A DNA stretch of 64,000 nucleotides from Nitrospirota bacterium (GTDB lineage Bacteria > Nitrospirota > Thermodesulfovibrionia > Thermodesulfovibrionales > JdFR-86). A model generated the notes under the pieces. The model did no database searches, was not told the origin of the DNA, and saw nothing but the letters and a program-made list of their open reading frames with translations. The stretch lies in NCBI GenBank assembly GCA_963721805.1, contig CAVRJY010000002.1, forward strand, positions 64,001 through 128,000, written 5' to 3'. Below, piece by piece: positions 39,587 to 49,706 of this stretch; position 1 is the first letter of the stretch; the number at the start of each line of letters is the position of its first letter. Made by a program: the position numbers and the translations under genes.

Positions 39587-40978
39587 ATGCACAGGAAGGG
39601 ATTATTGTTTTTGATGGTTTTCGTGGCGGCGGCATTATGTCTGGGGACCGCCCCGGCATGGGCCACCAACGGGTATCAGCTTATCGGAGTAGGAGCCGAG
39701 GAGATCGGCATGGGCGGCGCGGACACCGCGGCCCCGATGGACGCCATGACCGCGGTGACGAACCCGGCCGGGATGTCGCGCGTCGGCAGCAGGGCGGACT
39801 TCAGCCTGGAGGCATTCATGCCCGCGCGCAGGGCGGACTTCAGGGATTCAGGCGAGGGCTTCGGAGTGCCGGGCGGAGATAAGGTCTCCGGCGGTACGCC
39901 GCTTTACGGCATACCCGCGATCGGCTGGACCGCGCCTGCCTTCGGCACGAGCAACGTCTATTTCGGCGGAGGCATGTATGTCACGTCAGGCCTCGGAGTC
40001 GACTACGGCCAGACGGTCTTCATACCGTCCTCGTCCCTGGGCCTGCCGGATGACGTCACCTTCAGCGGGTACAGTTCGATACAGTTCTGGAAGATGGCCC
40101 CCTGCGTCGCCTGGAACATCACGCCGAGCCTCAGCGTCGGCCTCGCGGCGAACATCGACTACCAGTCCGTCACGATAGACGAGCGGATCAACGGCGTGCC
40201 GTTTTCAGCGGGCCCGTTAGCCGGGACGCAGCAGGACGTGAAGTTCGACCTCGGCCGCCCGACCAACCAGATAGGCGGCGGCGCGAGCTTGGGCCTCATA
40301 TATGACGTCAACAAATACCTAAGCGTCGGCGCGGTCTATACCTCCGAGCAGTTCTTCGCGCCCGGCGAGTACCGCCTCGGCGATGGCGACATCTACCTGT
40401 TTAACGGCGCCACCGGCAAGGCCGGCACTTACAAGCTGGACCTCAACTTCCCGCAGCAGGCCTCGGTCGGCATCGCGGTCAAGCCGATCGCGCCGCTCCT
40501 CATAGCGATGGACGTCAAGTGGATCGACTGGTCATCGACCCACGACAAGGTAAGGCTTGACGGTCCTAGCGACTCATTCCAGAAGAGCGACGGATCGTTC
40601 ACCGACCACACCGACCTGAACTTCGGCTGGTCCGACCAGTGGGTCTATGCCATCGGCGTGCAGTACACCCCGATCACGCCGCTCAGCCTCCGCCTGGGCT
40701 ACAACTACGCCAACTCCCCCATCGGCAAGAGCGACGTGTTCAACAACCTCGTATTCCCGGCCGTTGTTACGCAGCACGCCACAGCGGGCATGAGCTACAT
40801 GCTCGGCGACCACTGGGGGGTCTCGCTGGCCTACGAGAAGGCGTTTAAAAACACGATCAAGGGCAAGCACGACGTTAGCAGCGACTTCCAGGCCGTAACC
40901 CCGTTTAAGGCTGACTCCAATACGAAGATATCACTGGAGGAAGACGCGGTCAGCATGCAGCTGACCTATAAGTTCTAG
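39587..40978 (+). CDS. OmpP1/FadL-family outer-membrane transporter
   Basis: ATNGYQLIGVG..IGMGG, NPAGM hatch motif, WSDQWVYAIG, LRLGYNY, C-terminal Phe. Confidence 0.88.
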   Translation: MHRKGLLFLMVFVAAALCLGTAPAWATNGYQLIGVGAEEIGMGGADTAAPMDAMTAVTNPAGMSRVGSRADFSLEAFMPARRADFRDSGEGFGVPGGDKVSGGTPLYGIPAIGWTAPAFGTSNVYFGGGMYVTSGLGVDYGQTVFIPSSSLGLPDDVTFSGYSSIQFWKMAPCVAWNITPSLSVGLAANIDYQSVTIDERINGVPFSAGPLAGTQQDVKFDLGRPTNQIGGGASLGLIYDVNKYLSVGAVYTSEQFFAPGEYRLGDGDIYLFNGATGKAGTYKLDLNFPQQASVGIAVKPIAPLLIAMDVKWIDWSSTHDKVRLDGPSDSFQKSDGSFTDHTDLNFGWSDQWVYAIGVQYTPITPLSLRLGYNYANSPIGKSDVFNNLVFPAVVTQHATAGMSYMLGDHWGVSLAYEKAFKNTIKGKHDVSSDFQAVTPFKADSNTKISLEEDAVSMQLTYKF

Positions 40979-41001
40979 GCTGACCTCACAAATGACCTTG
41001 C

Positions 41002-41038
41002 GCTAAGGCGGGCTCCTGAGAACGGGGCCCGCCTTAGC
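41002..41038 (+). terminator. Stem-loop, probable terminator
   Basis: GCTAAGGCGGGCTCC...GGGGCCCGCCTTAGC. Confidence 0.6.
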
Positions 41039-41151
41039 CGTTTATAAGCGGGACGCAGCCCCATGATAAGATGGTGCCCGCGGCGTTCCTGAAGGAAGGG
41101 TGGCGGTCCGCCACCTTTACACATCTATCATTACCGGGGTAGACTTAAATC

Positions 41152-42420
41152 ATGGAACTCTTTGACTCGCTGCCCGAGGACGAACCGGCATCAGCCCCGC
41201 CGGAGGGCCGTGACGCGCCGCTTGCCTACCGCATGAGCCCTCGGACGCTCGACGAGTACGCCGGGCAGTCCCACATCGTCGGCGAGGGACGGCTGCTGAG
41301 GCGTGCTATCGAGGCCGACCGCGTGACCTCGATCATCCTCTACGGCCCGCCCGGCACCGGGAAGACCGCGCTTGCTCGCATCATCGCGCACATGACGCGC
41401 TCGACCTTCAGGTGGCTCAATGCGGCCACCATCGGGCTGGACGACCTCAGGAAGGTCCTCCGCGAGGCCCGCGCGCTGAAGTCCAAGGGCAGAAAGACCA
41501 TCCTCTTCCTCGACGAGATCCACCGCTTCAACAAGCTGCAGCAGGACGCCCTGCTGCCGGACGTCGAGGAGGGCGCGCTCACGCTAATCGCCGCGACGGT
41601 CGAAAACCCGTATTTCTACGTCAACTCCGCTCTGCTTTCGCGAAGCCAGGTCTTCGAGCTCAAGAGCCTCGGCCGAGACGACATAGTCGCGCTCCTTAAC
41701 AGAGCCATAACCGACAAGGAACGAGGCCTGGGCTCGATGGGCATCGAGGCCGACCCCGAGGCGCTCGAGCACATAGCGATCCTCTCGGACGGCGACGCCA
41801 GAAAGGCGCTCTCCGCGCTCGAACTCGCGGCGCTTACCACCTTGCCTGACGAACGGGGCGTGAAACATATCACGCGCTCCGTGGCTGAGGAGTCGATACA
41901 GAAAAAGGCGATAGTCTATGACCGCGACGGCGACCGCCACTACGACACCGCATCGGCGTTCATCAAAAGCATGCGCGGCGGCGACCCGGACGCCGTGGTC
42001 TACTACATTGCCAAGATGCTCACCGGGGGCGAGGACCCGCGGTTCATAGCGCGCCGGGTGGTGATATGCGCCTCGGAGGACGTCGGAGACGCCGACCCGA
42101 TGGCGCTCGTGCTGGCGACCTCGGCGCTTAAGGCGATTGAGTTCGTCGGGATGCCGGAGGCCCGCATACCGCTTGCGCAGGCCGCGATATACGTCGCGAT
42201 GGCGCCCAAGAGCAACGCGTGCTACGTCGCCATAGAGGCCGCGATGGCCGACATCCAGAAGGAGGAGACCGAGGAGGTCCCGGACTACCTGAAGGATGCG
42301 AGCTACAAGAGCGCGAAGAAGCTGGGGCATGGGGAGGGGTACTTATACACCCACGACCACCCCAACGAACCGCAGGAGTTTACTCGGAAGAAGAGGTCGT
42401 ATTATAAAAAACCCAAGTAA
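41152..42420 (+). CDS. rarA: Replication-associated recombination protein A
   Basis: GPPGTGKT, DEIHRFNKLQQDALLP, SAFIKSMRG, ASEDVG. Confidence 0.95.
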   Translation: MELFDSLPEDEPASAPPEGRDAPLAYRMSPRTLDEYAGQSHIVGEGRLLRRAIEADRVTSIILYGPPGTGKTALARIIAHMTRSTFRWLNAATIGLDDLRKVLREARALKSKGRKTILFLDEIHRFNKLQQDALLPDVEEGALTLIAATVENPYFYVNSALLSRSQVFELKSLGRDDIVALLNRAITDKERGLGSMGIEADPEALEHIAILSDGDARKALSALELAALTTLPDERGVKHITRSVAEESIQKKAIVYDRDGDRHYDTASAFIKSMRGGDPDAVVYYIAKMLTGGEDPRFIARRVVICASEDVGDADPMALVLATSALKAIEFVGMPEARIPLAQAAIYVAMAPKSNACYVAIEAAMADIQKEETEEVPDYLKDASYKSAKKLGHGEGYLYTHDHPNEPQEFTRKKRSYYKKPK

Positions 42421-42434
42421 GCCCTTATGCAGTC

Positions 42435-42599
42435 TTTTTCAAAGCCGCACTAAATCGCTTGATACTGCGTCATCAGTCGAAAATCGCCCTCGGAGTACAT
42501 CCCAGTACACCTGCGGGACGATTTTCTCCTTCTTCCTTGTCTGACGCGATTTATCGCGCTTTAAGTTTCTATCGCATAATCGTGCGAGCGGTCAATGGC
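42435..42599 (+). repeat. Palindromic RPE/MITE-like repeat, copy R6 (solo)
   Basis: AAATCGCTTGATACTGCGTC...GGAGTACATCCCAGTACAC...CCTTGTCTGACGCGATTT...GGTCAATGGC. Confidence 0.85.
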
Positions 42600-42618
42600 A
42601 TTGATTGGATTATATGAA

Positions 42619-42654
42619 AAGCGCCCCGCATGCCATCGAGCATGCGGGGCGCTT
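42619..42654. terminator. Bidirectional terminator hairpin
   Basis: AAGCGCCCCGCATGC...GCATGCGGGGCGCTT between convergent genes. Confidence 0.75.
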
Positions 42655-42675
42655 AATTTTAGCCGCTAGTGCTTC

Positions 42676-43110
42676 TTACGCCGCTGCCGCGCCTAAGACC
42701 AGCACAGGGCAGGGTGCGTTGCGGATGACCTTCTCGACCGTACGGTCGCCGCCGAACAGCTTTCTGATGATGCCCGGCTTCTCGGCCGCGCCCATCACGA
42801 TCAGGTCGCAGCGCTCCTCAGAGGCGGCCTCGATGATCCTCTCTGAGGGCTCGCCGTGCTCGATGCGGGTCTTTACGAGCGACCGCTCAGAGCGGGCCTC
42901 GCCGTCGATGCTGCAGTATGCAGAGCGCTCTCCGCCGGTCAGCACGTCCTCTATGTCCTTGATGCCGGTCAGGCAGACGTCGCCCTCATACGCGGGCAGG
43001 ACCTTCACGACCGTTACCCAGGTCTGCTCGTCCTGTGCAAGACGCAGCCCGTCATGGAGCACGCCCATCCTGCCGTTTACCGCGATGAGGATCTTCCTGA
43101 CCTGTTTCAC
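42676..43110 (-). CDS. Universal stress protein
   Basis: KILIAVNG, GEPSERII, DLIVMG, VIRNAPCPVLV. Confidence 0.85.
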   Translation of the reverse strand: MKQVRKILIAVNGRMGVLHDGLRLAQDEQTWVTVVKVLPAYEGDVCLTGIKDIEDVLTGGERSAYCSIDGEARSERSLVKTRIEHGEPSERIIEAASEERCDLIVMGAAEKPGIIRKLFGGDRTVEKVIRNAPCPVLVLGAAAA

Positions 43111-43978
43111 TACAGTATCCTCCTTGCCACGAGCACCGGGCACGGGGCGTTGATTATGACGTGCTGCGCGGTGCTGCCAAGCAGGGCGCGGTTCATGCCC
43201 CTGTAGCCGTGGCTGCCCATCACGATTATGTCCGCCCCGATCTTCGCTGCGGTCTCGGTGATCACGTCCGCGGCGTTGCCCTCGGCGGTGAGCGTCTTGA
43301 TCTTCATGCCCTTGGCCGAGGCCGCCCCGGAGGCCATCGCCAAAAGCCGCTGCGCCTCTTTGTCCAGGGCCTGCCTTACGCTCTTGGTCTTGATGAAGTC
43401 GATCATCTCCTCGTAGCGCGGGATGACGTACAGCGCGGTCACCTCTCCGCCGTCGAGCTTCGATAGCTCGACCGCGAGTGTCTAGGGCCGCGGCGCTGTA
43501 TGGCGAGCCGTCATATGAGACGAGGGACGAGACGTAGGTGCCGCTGCAGTCCTCGCACGGCTTCTTGACCACGAGGACGTCGCACGAGGAGCTGGTGACG
43601 ACGTGGGCCGTGACGCTGCCCAAAAGCAGGCGCGTTAAGCCCTTGCGGCCGTGAGTGCCGATCACTATCAGGTCGGGCTTCACCTCGGTCGCGACGTCGC
43701 TGATGACGTCGGCGGGCTCGCCCTCGCGTATCACAGTTGTGACCTTCACGCCGGTTGCGGAGGTTACTTCACCGGCCGCGCGCGCGCAGAGCTCCTGCAG
43801 CGTGCTTGATGCGTTTGTCGCGGTGCGTCTTCATGATCCCGAACTCCTCGGTGTCGAAGTACACGGCATGGAGCATGGTGAGTTCGCCGCCGTGCTTCTT
43901 GACCCATAGGGCCGCTTCGCGCAGCGCGGCGCGGCCCTGTTCAGAGCCGTCATAACATGTCAGAAGTTTCTTGTACAT
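43110..43978 (-). CDS. Tandem-domain universal stress protein (frameshifted)
   Basis: CYDGSE, IGTHGRKGLTRLLLGSVT, MGSHG...LLGSTA..VIINAPCPVLV across frames. Confidence 0.82.
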
Positions 43979-43980
43979 GA

Positions 43981-44755
43981 TCAGTGTGACCCCCCGCCGC
44001 CCTTGCCGAATATAAGTCCGACGCCGACGCCCGCGGCAATGGCCGCCGCTATGGATAGCACGCCGTATAAGGCGCCGTTGTTTTTGGCCATGTTCGATAG
44101 GTACTTCACCGACCCGACCTGTTCGACCGTTATGGCGGCGTCCGAGACCTCTACGACCTTGCCGCCGCGCACCGCGTAGACCGTCGCCTTATAGTCGCCG
44201 GGCGGGGCCTGATAGGGCCACTGGGTCATTATGCTGTATTCGGCCTTGCCGTCCTTGGTGCTGACCGTTATGTCGCTGGCGCTCTCGCTATAAAGGCCCG
44301 TCGCCTCCTTGTACTTGACGAACTCGGCCATGAGCGTCATCCTTGCGGGCCGGGTCCTTGAGGTCCTCGATCTCGGCCACGTGGGTCAGGGCCGCGAGGC
44401 CGAGGCCGTACTTCTGGGCCTCCTCGGGGCTGAGTATGTCCTCGACCTTCTTGGTTGCAGTGGATGAAGTAGACGTTCGGGACCTTTGCGAACTCGAACG
44501 ACTCGGTGTTCATCCATAGCACGCCGCCGACCTTGTTCTTGCGCTTCAGGGCGTCCTTCGTCTCCGGGGAGGCTATCTTTATGATCAAGTCCGTATCCGG
44601 GTCGGCTCACGCCCTGGACGCTGACGCTGCTCGCCGTGGTAGAAAAATCCTATCGAAATGTGGTCATGGTCTGTCGAGATCGAAAGCTGGGCCGAGGCCG
44701 TCGAGGCCACGAGCAGCACGAGGGCCGCGATCAGTATTATCATGCGTGTCTTCAT
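43981..44755 (-). CDS. TauE-associated membrane protein (TIGR02186-like), frameshifted
   Basis: Signal peptide, LKRKNKVGGVLWMN, PYQAPPGDY, C-terminal TM GALYGVLS; follows the TSUP gene. Confidence 0.7.
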
Positions 44756-44756
44756 A

Positions 44757-45678
44757 TTAGTGGCCGCCTCCGTGCGAAAGCAGAATCTCCGGGGTCAGCG
44801 TGAGGTCGAATATCATCTTGACGGTAACGGCGAGCACGATGCTCGCGAGGATTATCTTCAGCTGGTCGGCCTTGAGCTTGCGGCCGAACACGGTGCCGAT
44901 CTGCGCGCCGAAGGTCGAGCCCAGCAGCAGGATCACCGCGAGGATGAAGTCGACGTTGTGGTTCGTCGTCGCCTGCAGGAACGTGACCTCGATGCAGTTA
45001 AAGAGTATCTGGAAAAGGCTGGTCCCGACGACGACGTGCATCGGCATCCTGAGCATGTAGACCATGACCGGGACCATCAGAAAACCGCCGCCGACGCCCA
45101 TTACGGCCGCAAGCACGCCGACGAACACGCCGAACAGCAGCGGCAGCAGCGCCGAGTGCTTTACGCCGGACTTCTCAAACATGGTCTGAAACGGCAGGGA
45201 CGCCAGGAACTGGCCTATGCCGGACGCCTTCTTCGGGGCCTCGGGGGCCGCGTCTTTCTTTGCGCGTCATCGCCTTGACGGCGTCATAGAACATGTATGC
45301 GCCGACGATGCCGAGCATCAGGACGTACGTGACCTTGATGAGGAAGTCCGCGTTGCCGGTGGCCCTGAGGATCTTGATCGCGTAGACGCCGCCGAAGCCG
45401 CCGAGGAAACCGCCCGCGAGCAGGTAGAGGCCCATCTTGAAGTCCACGTTGCCGACCTTCCAGTGGGCGTATGTGCCCGAGGTCGATGCCGCGACGATCT
45501 GGTTTGAGTCGGTTGCGGCGGCTACGGTCGAGGGGATGCCGAGCATTATAAGCAGCGGGGTCATCAGAAACCCGCCTCCGACCCCGAAGAGGCCGGAGAG
45601 GAGCCCTACAGCGAGCCCCAGCCCCAGCGGTATGAGAACGTTAACACTGGTTAATGCGACTGGCAGGTAAAGGTACAT
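44757..45678 (-). CDS. Sulfite exporter TauE/SafE (TSUP) family protein (frameshift near 45265)
   Basis: MYLYLPVA, GLFGVGGGFLMTP, MGVGGGFLMVP, VVGTSLFQ. Confidence 0.9.
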
Positions 45679-46184
45679 TTAGGCAGCGGCCTCCTTTGTG
45701 GCCGCAGAGGTGCGGCCGTTATTAGTGATCGTGACGATCGGGATTGAGCTGCTTTTCAGCAGCTTTGCCAGGGTGCGGACGCTCTTGCCCCCCGCCGTGG
45801 TTATCGAGGGGCTCAGAATCACCATGTCGATCCCCTTGTTTTTCGCTAGTACGGCCTTGATCGCATCCGGGGCCTCATCGGTCGAGGTCATGACTGCGGG
45901 CTTCATGCCCGGAGTTCTTAAAGAGCGCCTCGATCAGTTTAAGGCCCTCTTCGTTTTGCTTCGTGGCCGGCGTGCCTAGGAGCTCCCTCGCGGTCTCGGT
46001 GCTCTCCGGAGTCGGCGAACGTGATCGCGCTTATCACGGCGTCGAAGCTTTCGCCCAGGGTCTTGCGCCTGAGGAGCAGGACCTCGACCCCCTTGCTGAT
46101 CATCCTTGCCAGGTCCATCGTGTAGGAGAAGCCCTCACTGATGTCCCCGTCGAGGTCCGCTACGAACAAGATGTTTCTGCTCAT
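45679..46184 (-). CDS. Hypothetical USP-like protein (frameshifted)
   Basis: AGGAGG RBS; AITFADSGE motif; two ORF pieces in tandem. Confidence 0.6.
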
Positions 46185-46231
46185 AAGTTTGAAACCTCCT
46201 TATTGAGAGTACGCTTCTGCTTATTAATGGA

Positions 46232-46248
46232 AGCACGATTGATGCCAA
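46232..46248 (-). promoter_or_regulatory. Sigma54 promoter of the TauE/USP operon
   Basis: Minus strand TTGGCATCAATCGTGCT fits GG-N10-GC. Confidence 0.7.
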
Positions 46249-46296
46249 TACCAAACTGCTTGAATAATAATGATTATTTTGAAGGTGCTTAAGCAG

Positions 46297-46407
46297 CGTT
46301 CATATTATGAACGGTAGGGCGTTTTATGGAAACATCTTGTATTAATTGAAAATTACGGCATATAATGCCGCGATTCTGGCCGAAACGATACTGTTCATAA
46401 TATGAAC
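46297..46407. promoter_or_regulatory. Two palindromic GTTCATA-W-TATGAAC sites (putative activator enhancer)
   Basis: Copies at 46298-46312 and 46393-46407. Confidence 0.65.
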
Positions 46408-46480
46408 GTTGAACGGAAGCGGGCGGGGATGCCGCGCCATGTTATTGATTGTCCGGGCGCAAGGGAGTAGAATCATACAT

Positions 46481-47155
46481 ATGACGGTCGAGATATTGCT
46501 GCTTGCGCTGGAATCCGCGCTGCTCGTCTTTACGATAGCGCTCCTGATCCTGAGCCGCAGGGAGGGGAAGGGCCGCGACGCCCTGATCATGCAGGTCACC
46601 TCGGCCATGCGCATGCTCACCCGCCACGAGTACTTCATCAGCGTCATCGACTGCATGATGGACGCTAAGGAGGAGATCGTGGCGAGCATCACCGGCCGCA
46701 TGCCGAGCAACCCCGACGACGCAAAGCGCGTGCGCGAGATCGCCGATACGATCGAGAAGTTCACCTCGCAGGGCGTCATCGTGCGCTACCTGATGCCGAA
46801 GTTCCAGGACCGCCTGCACATGGGCTGGCTCTATACCAAGGCCGGGGCCGAGGTGCGCTACAACAGCTGCCCGAGCTCGCTCGGGTTCCGCTACACGGTC
46901 GTGGACGCGAAGGTCGTGATCGTCGGCATCCCGGAGGAGACCGGGGAGCGCGAGGCCACGCGCAAGGGCGACCGCCTGCCGTCGGAGGAACTCGGCGCCA
47001 TCCTTAAGAAGTACTTCTACGACTGCTGGGACACGCAGGTCACGTTCGAGGCCTACCTGAAAGAGACGATGCTGCACACCGGGGCCTCGGCCAAGACGCT
47101 CAGCCACGAACTGCAGATCGACGAGTCATACCTGGAGCGGATCTCGGCGGATTAG
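46481..47155 (+). CDS. Hypothetical membrane-anchored protein
   Basis: N-terminal TM helix; host-like codon usage. Confidence 0.7.
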   Translation: MTVEILLLALESALLVFTIALLILSRREGKGRDALIMQVTSAMRMLTRHEYFISVIDCMMDAKEEIVASITGRMPSNPDDAKRVREIADTIEKFTSQGVIVRYLMPKFQDRLHMGWLYTKAGAEVRYNSCPSSLGFRYTVVDAKVVIVGIPEETGEREATRKGDRLPSEELGAILKKYFYDCWDTQVTFEAYLKETMLHTGASAKTLSHELQIDESYLERISAD

Positions 47156-47697
47156 CGGCCGCCGATCTCCTCCAAGGCGCGCACCAGCTCCACGGTCGCG
47201 TCTCGGTTGAGGTATATCTCCTCCGGTGGGACCATATCAAGGCTCTCTATAACGCGCTCGACCGGCACCTGAAAGGCGCTGGCGAGGGCCGTCGCGGTGA
47301 CAAACAGCTCCTTGCGCCTCATCATGTCCTCGGGTGCGGTGCCCGCACGGGAGAGGGCAATGTCCATGCCCCTCAGGCGCTGCACCGCGGCCCTGATGAC
47401 CGCGGTGACTATCGGAGGGGTCTTTGAGAGTATGGCCTTAAAATCCTCGGCGCTGATCTCGACGAGCTCGGAGTCGGCTATCGCGCGCACCGTCGCGCTC
47501 CTCGTGTGGTCGGGGCTGAATATCGACATCTCGCCCACGATCTCGCCCTCGCCGATCTCGCCCAGTACGATCCTGTGGTCGCCCGCAAGCCGCGTGGCCT
47601 GCAGCCTCCCTGAGCGGACGATATATAGCATCTCGCCCTTCTGGCCCTCGGCGAGCACCGTGTCCCCGGCGCGGTATGTCCTGAGCGGAAAACGCAT
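47152..47697 (-). CDS. Cyclic-nucleotide-binding domain protein
   Basis: EGQKGEMLYIVRSG, GEIVGEMSI, RSATVRA. Confidence 0.85.
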   Translation of the reverse strand: MRFPLRTYRAGDTVLAEGQKGEMLYIVRSGRLQATRLAGDHRIVLGEIGEGEIVGEMSIFSPDHTRSATVRAIADSELVEISAEDFKAILSKTPPIVTAVIRAAVQRLRGMDIALSRAGTAPEDMMRRKELFVTATALASAFQVPVERVIESLDMVPPEEIYLNRDATVELVRALEEIGGR

Positions 47698-47731
47698 GGC
47701 TAATTATAGACCTTCCGGCACGCTGAGTGTC

Positions 47732-47920
47732 TCATGAACCGCTCCGTGGCGGCTTGGGTTTGAAGCTCCGGCATTCGCTGCCCGAGGACTCGAACACCAG
47801 CCTTGAGGGCATCTCCTTGGACTTGAACTTCATGGCCTTGCACCCGTGCGGCTTCGCCGGGTCCCACGTGACGACGTAATACGCGCACCTTGTGCACTGC
47901 GGCCGCTTGAGCTCTGCCAT
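47732..47920 (-). CDS. Small Cys-rich protein
   Basis: CTRCAYYVVTWDPAKPHGCKAMKFKS...SSGSEC. Confidence 0.7.
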   Translation of the reverse strand: MAELKRPQCTRCAYYVVTWDPAKPHGCKAMKFKSKEMPSRLVFESSGSECRSFKPKPPRSGS

Positions 47921-47978
47921 GGGCAATATAATACACGATTTTTAATGCGGCCGCGGGCGTCTGCTGATATAATCGGCT

Positions 47979-49004
47979 ATGAAGGAAGCACTGCTCTGGG
48001 AGAAGCTCGACCGAGACCGCGTCAAGTGCGCGATGTGCGCCCACCGCTGCACGATCGAGCCAGGCCGCCGCGGGATATGCGGTGTGCGCGAAAACCGGGA
48101 AGGCACGCTCTACTCCCTCGTCTACGGAGTGCTCGTCTCGGGCAACGTCGACCCGATAGAGAAAAAGCCGCTCTTTAACTTCCTTCCCGGCACGAAGTCC
48201 TACTCCATAGCCACGGTCGGCTGCAACCTGCGCTGCGCCCATTGCCAGAACGCGGACATCTCGCAGTTCCCGATCAACGCCGTACCCGGCGAGGAGATGC
48301 CCGGCGAGCGGATGACGCCCGAACAGGTCGTCGCGGCGGCCGAGCGCACCGGATGCGCGAGCATCGCCTACACCTACACAGAGCCCACGATCTTCATGGA
48401 GTTCTGCCTCGACACGGCGAAGCTCGCCCGCGGGCGCGGGATCAGGAACGTCTTCGTGAGCAACGGTTTTATGACGCCCGAGAGCGCCCGCCTCATCGCC
48501 CCTTACCTCGACGCCGACAACATCGACCTCAAGGGCAACGACGAGTTCTACCACAAGGTCTGCAAGGCCCGCCTGGGCCCGGTGCTCGACACGATCCGCC
48601 TGATGAAGGAACTCGGCGTATGGGTCGAGGTGACTACTCTGGTAATCCCCGGCTGGAACGACTCGGACAAGGACCTGACCGAGATCGCCGCGTTCATCCA
48701 TTCCGTGGACCCGGCGATGCCCTGGCACGTTACCGGGTTTTATCCCACATACCACATGCTCGACCGGCCCTCGACACCGGTCGAGACGCTCAGGCGCGCA
48801 CGCAAGATCGGCATTGACGCGGGGCTCAAATACGTATATGAGGGCAACAGGCCGGGGGAGGGCGGGGAGAACACGTATTGTCCCCAATGCCACGAACTCC
48901 TGATCGAGCGGATGGGATTCTATTTGTCCCGCATCGCTCTCATGAACGGGAAGTGCCCGAAGTGCGGGACTCTCCAATCTGGCGTGTGGGGTTCTGATAC
49001 CTAA
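47979..49004 (+). CDS. amrS: AmmeMemoRadiSam system radical SAM enzyme
   Basis: DPIEKKPL, GCNLRCAHCQN, AYTYTEP, NIDLK, NTYCPQC. Confidence 0.92.
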   Translation: MKEALLWEKLDRDRVKCAMCAHRCTIEPGRRGICGVRENREGTLYSLVYGVLVSGNVDPIEKKPLFNFLPGTKSYSIATVGCNLRCAHCQNADISQFPINAVPGEEMPGERMTPEQVVAAAERTGCASIAYTYTEPTIFMEFCLDTAKLARGRGIRNVFVSNGFMTPESARLIAPYLDADNIDLKGNDEFYHKVCKARLGPVLDTIRLMKELGVWVEVTTLVIPGWNDSDKDLTEIAAFIHSVDPAMPWHVTGFYPTYHMLDRPSTPVETLRRARKIGIDAGLKYVYEGNRPGEGGENTYCPQCHELLIERMGFYLSRIALMNGKCPKCGTLQSGVWGSDT

Positions 49005-49020
49005 GTCTGTTATCGTGACT

Positions 49021-49199
49021 TTCTTCAAAGCGCACCAAATCGCTTGATACTGCGTTGGGCATCAAAGACTCGCCCTCTATGTACGCCCAAGTACACCATC
49101 GGGCGGTCTTCTCGCCCTGCCTTGTCTTAAGCCGATTTGGGCGCGCTTTCGGGGGTGTGGAAGCCAACATACGCCCCCCGGCCCCCCAAGGTCAAAGGC
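49021..49199 (+). repeat. Palindromic RPE/MITE-like repeat, copy R7
   Basis: CAAATCGCTTGATACTGCG...GATTTGGGCGCGCTTTCGGGGG...GGTCAAAGGC. Confidence 0.85.
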
Positions 49200-49212
49200 A
49201 TGATTGGAATAG

Positions 49213-49372
49213 GCAACTCGTGAGACAGTAACCGCGCTCCGTCTGAAAGCGAGCGATATTTCGGCAGACAAGGAACGCCGAGGAAAACGTCCGAAGGTGT
49301 ACTGATTGTACATCGAGGACGGATTTCCGAGGCAGTGACGCAGTATCCCGGAATTGCAGCCGCTTTCAGCGC
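49213..49372 (-). repeat. Palindromic RPE/MITE-like repeat, copy R8 (inverted relative to R7)
   Basis: CAAGGAACGCCGAGGAAAACGTCCG..TGTACTGATTGTAC..GAGGACGGATTTCCGA matches the R2 core. Confidence 0.75.
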
Positions 49373-49375
49373 GCT

Positions 49376-49703
49376 TAGGCATATATACGCATACCCCGCG
49401 CGCGCGCCTTTTATTTTATAGTGTTCGGATGTCAGCGTTAAAACGGCCCTAACATTGCGGAAAACAACGCTATTATGGGTTCCACCCTGTTCGGATGTTC
49501 GGATGTTTTTGACCGAAAAAAGGGTAATGTTCGAGTCCAGTTTTGCGGTTGGTTTAAGTCCGTAATCGTTCCCAATCTCCGGCGTTATTAAATTGGTGTT
49601 TTTGTATATCACGCGCGAGGATAGAACGCAAAAGCGGAACCCGTCAATGGGAACTGGTTCCTAGGAACCAGTTCCATGGAACCAGTTCCTAGGAGTTGGT
49701 TCC
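49376..49703 (+). repeat. Origin-like non-coding module, copy C, with GGAAC-NN-GTTCC palindrome array
   Basis: 49376-49510 aligns with 20897-21030; four 12-bp units at a 14-bp period at 49650-49703. Confidence 0.75.
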
Positions 49704-49706
49704 GCT

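Noticed and set aside
1288..49372. Repeat family as a CRISPR array or integron attC sites
   Set aside because: Copies are dispersed and ~170 bp long, with no regular spacers, no cas or intI genes, and no RYYYAAC/GTTRRRY boxes.
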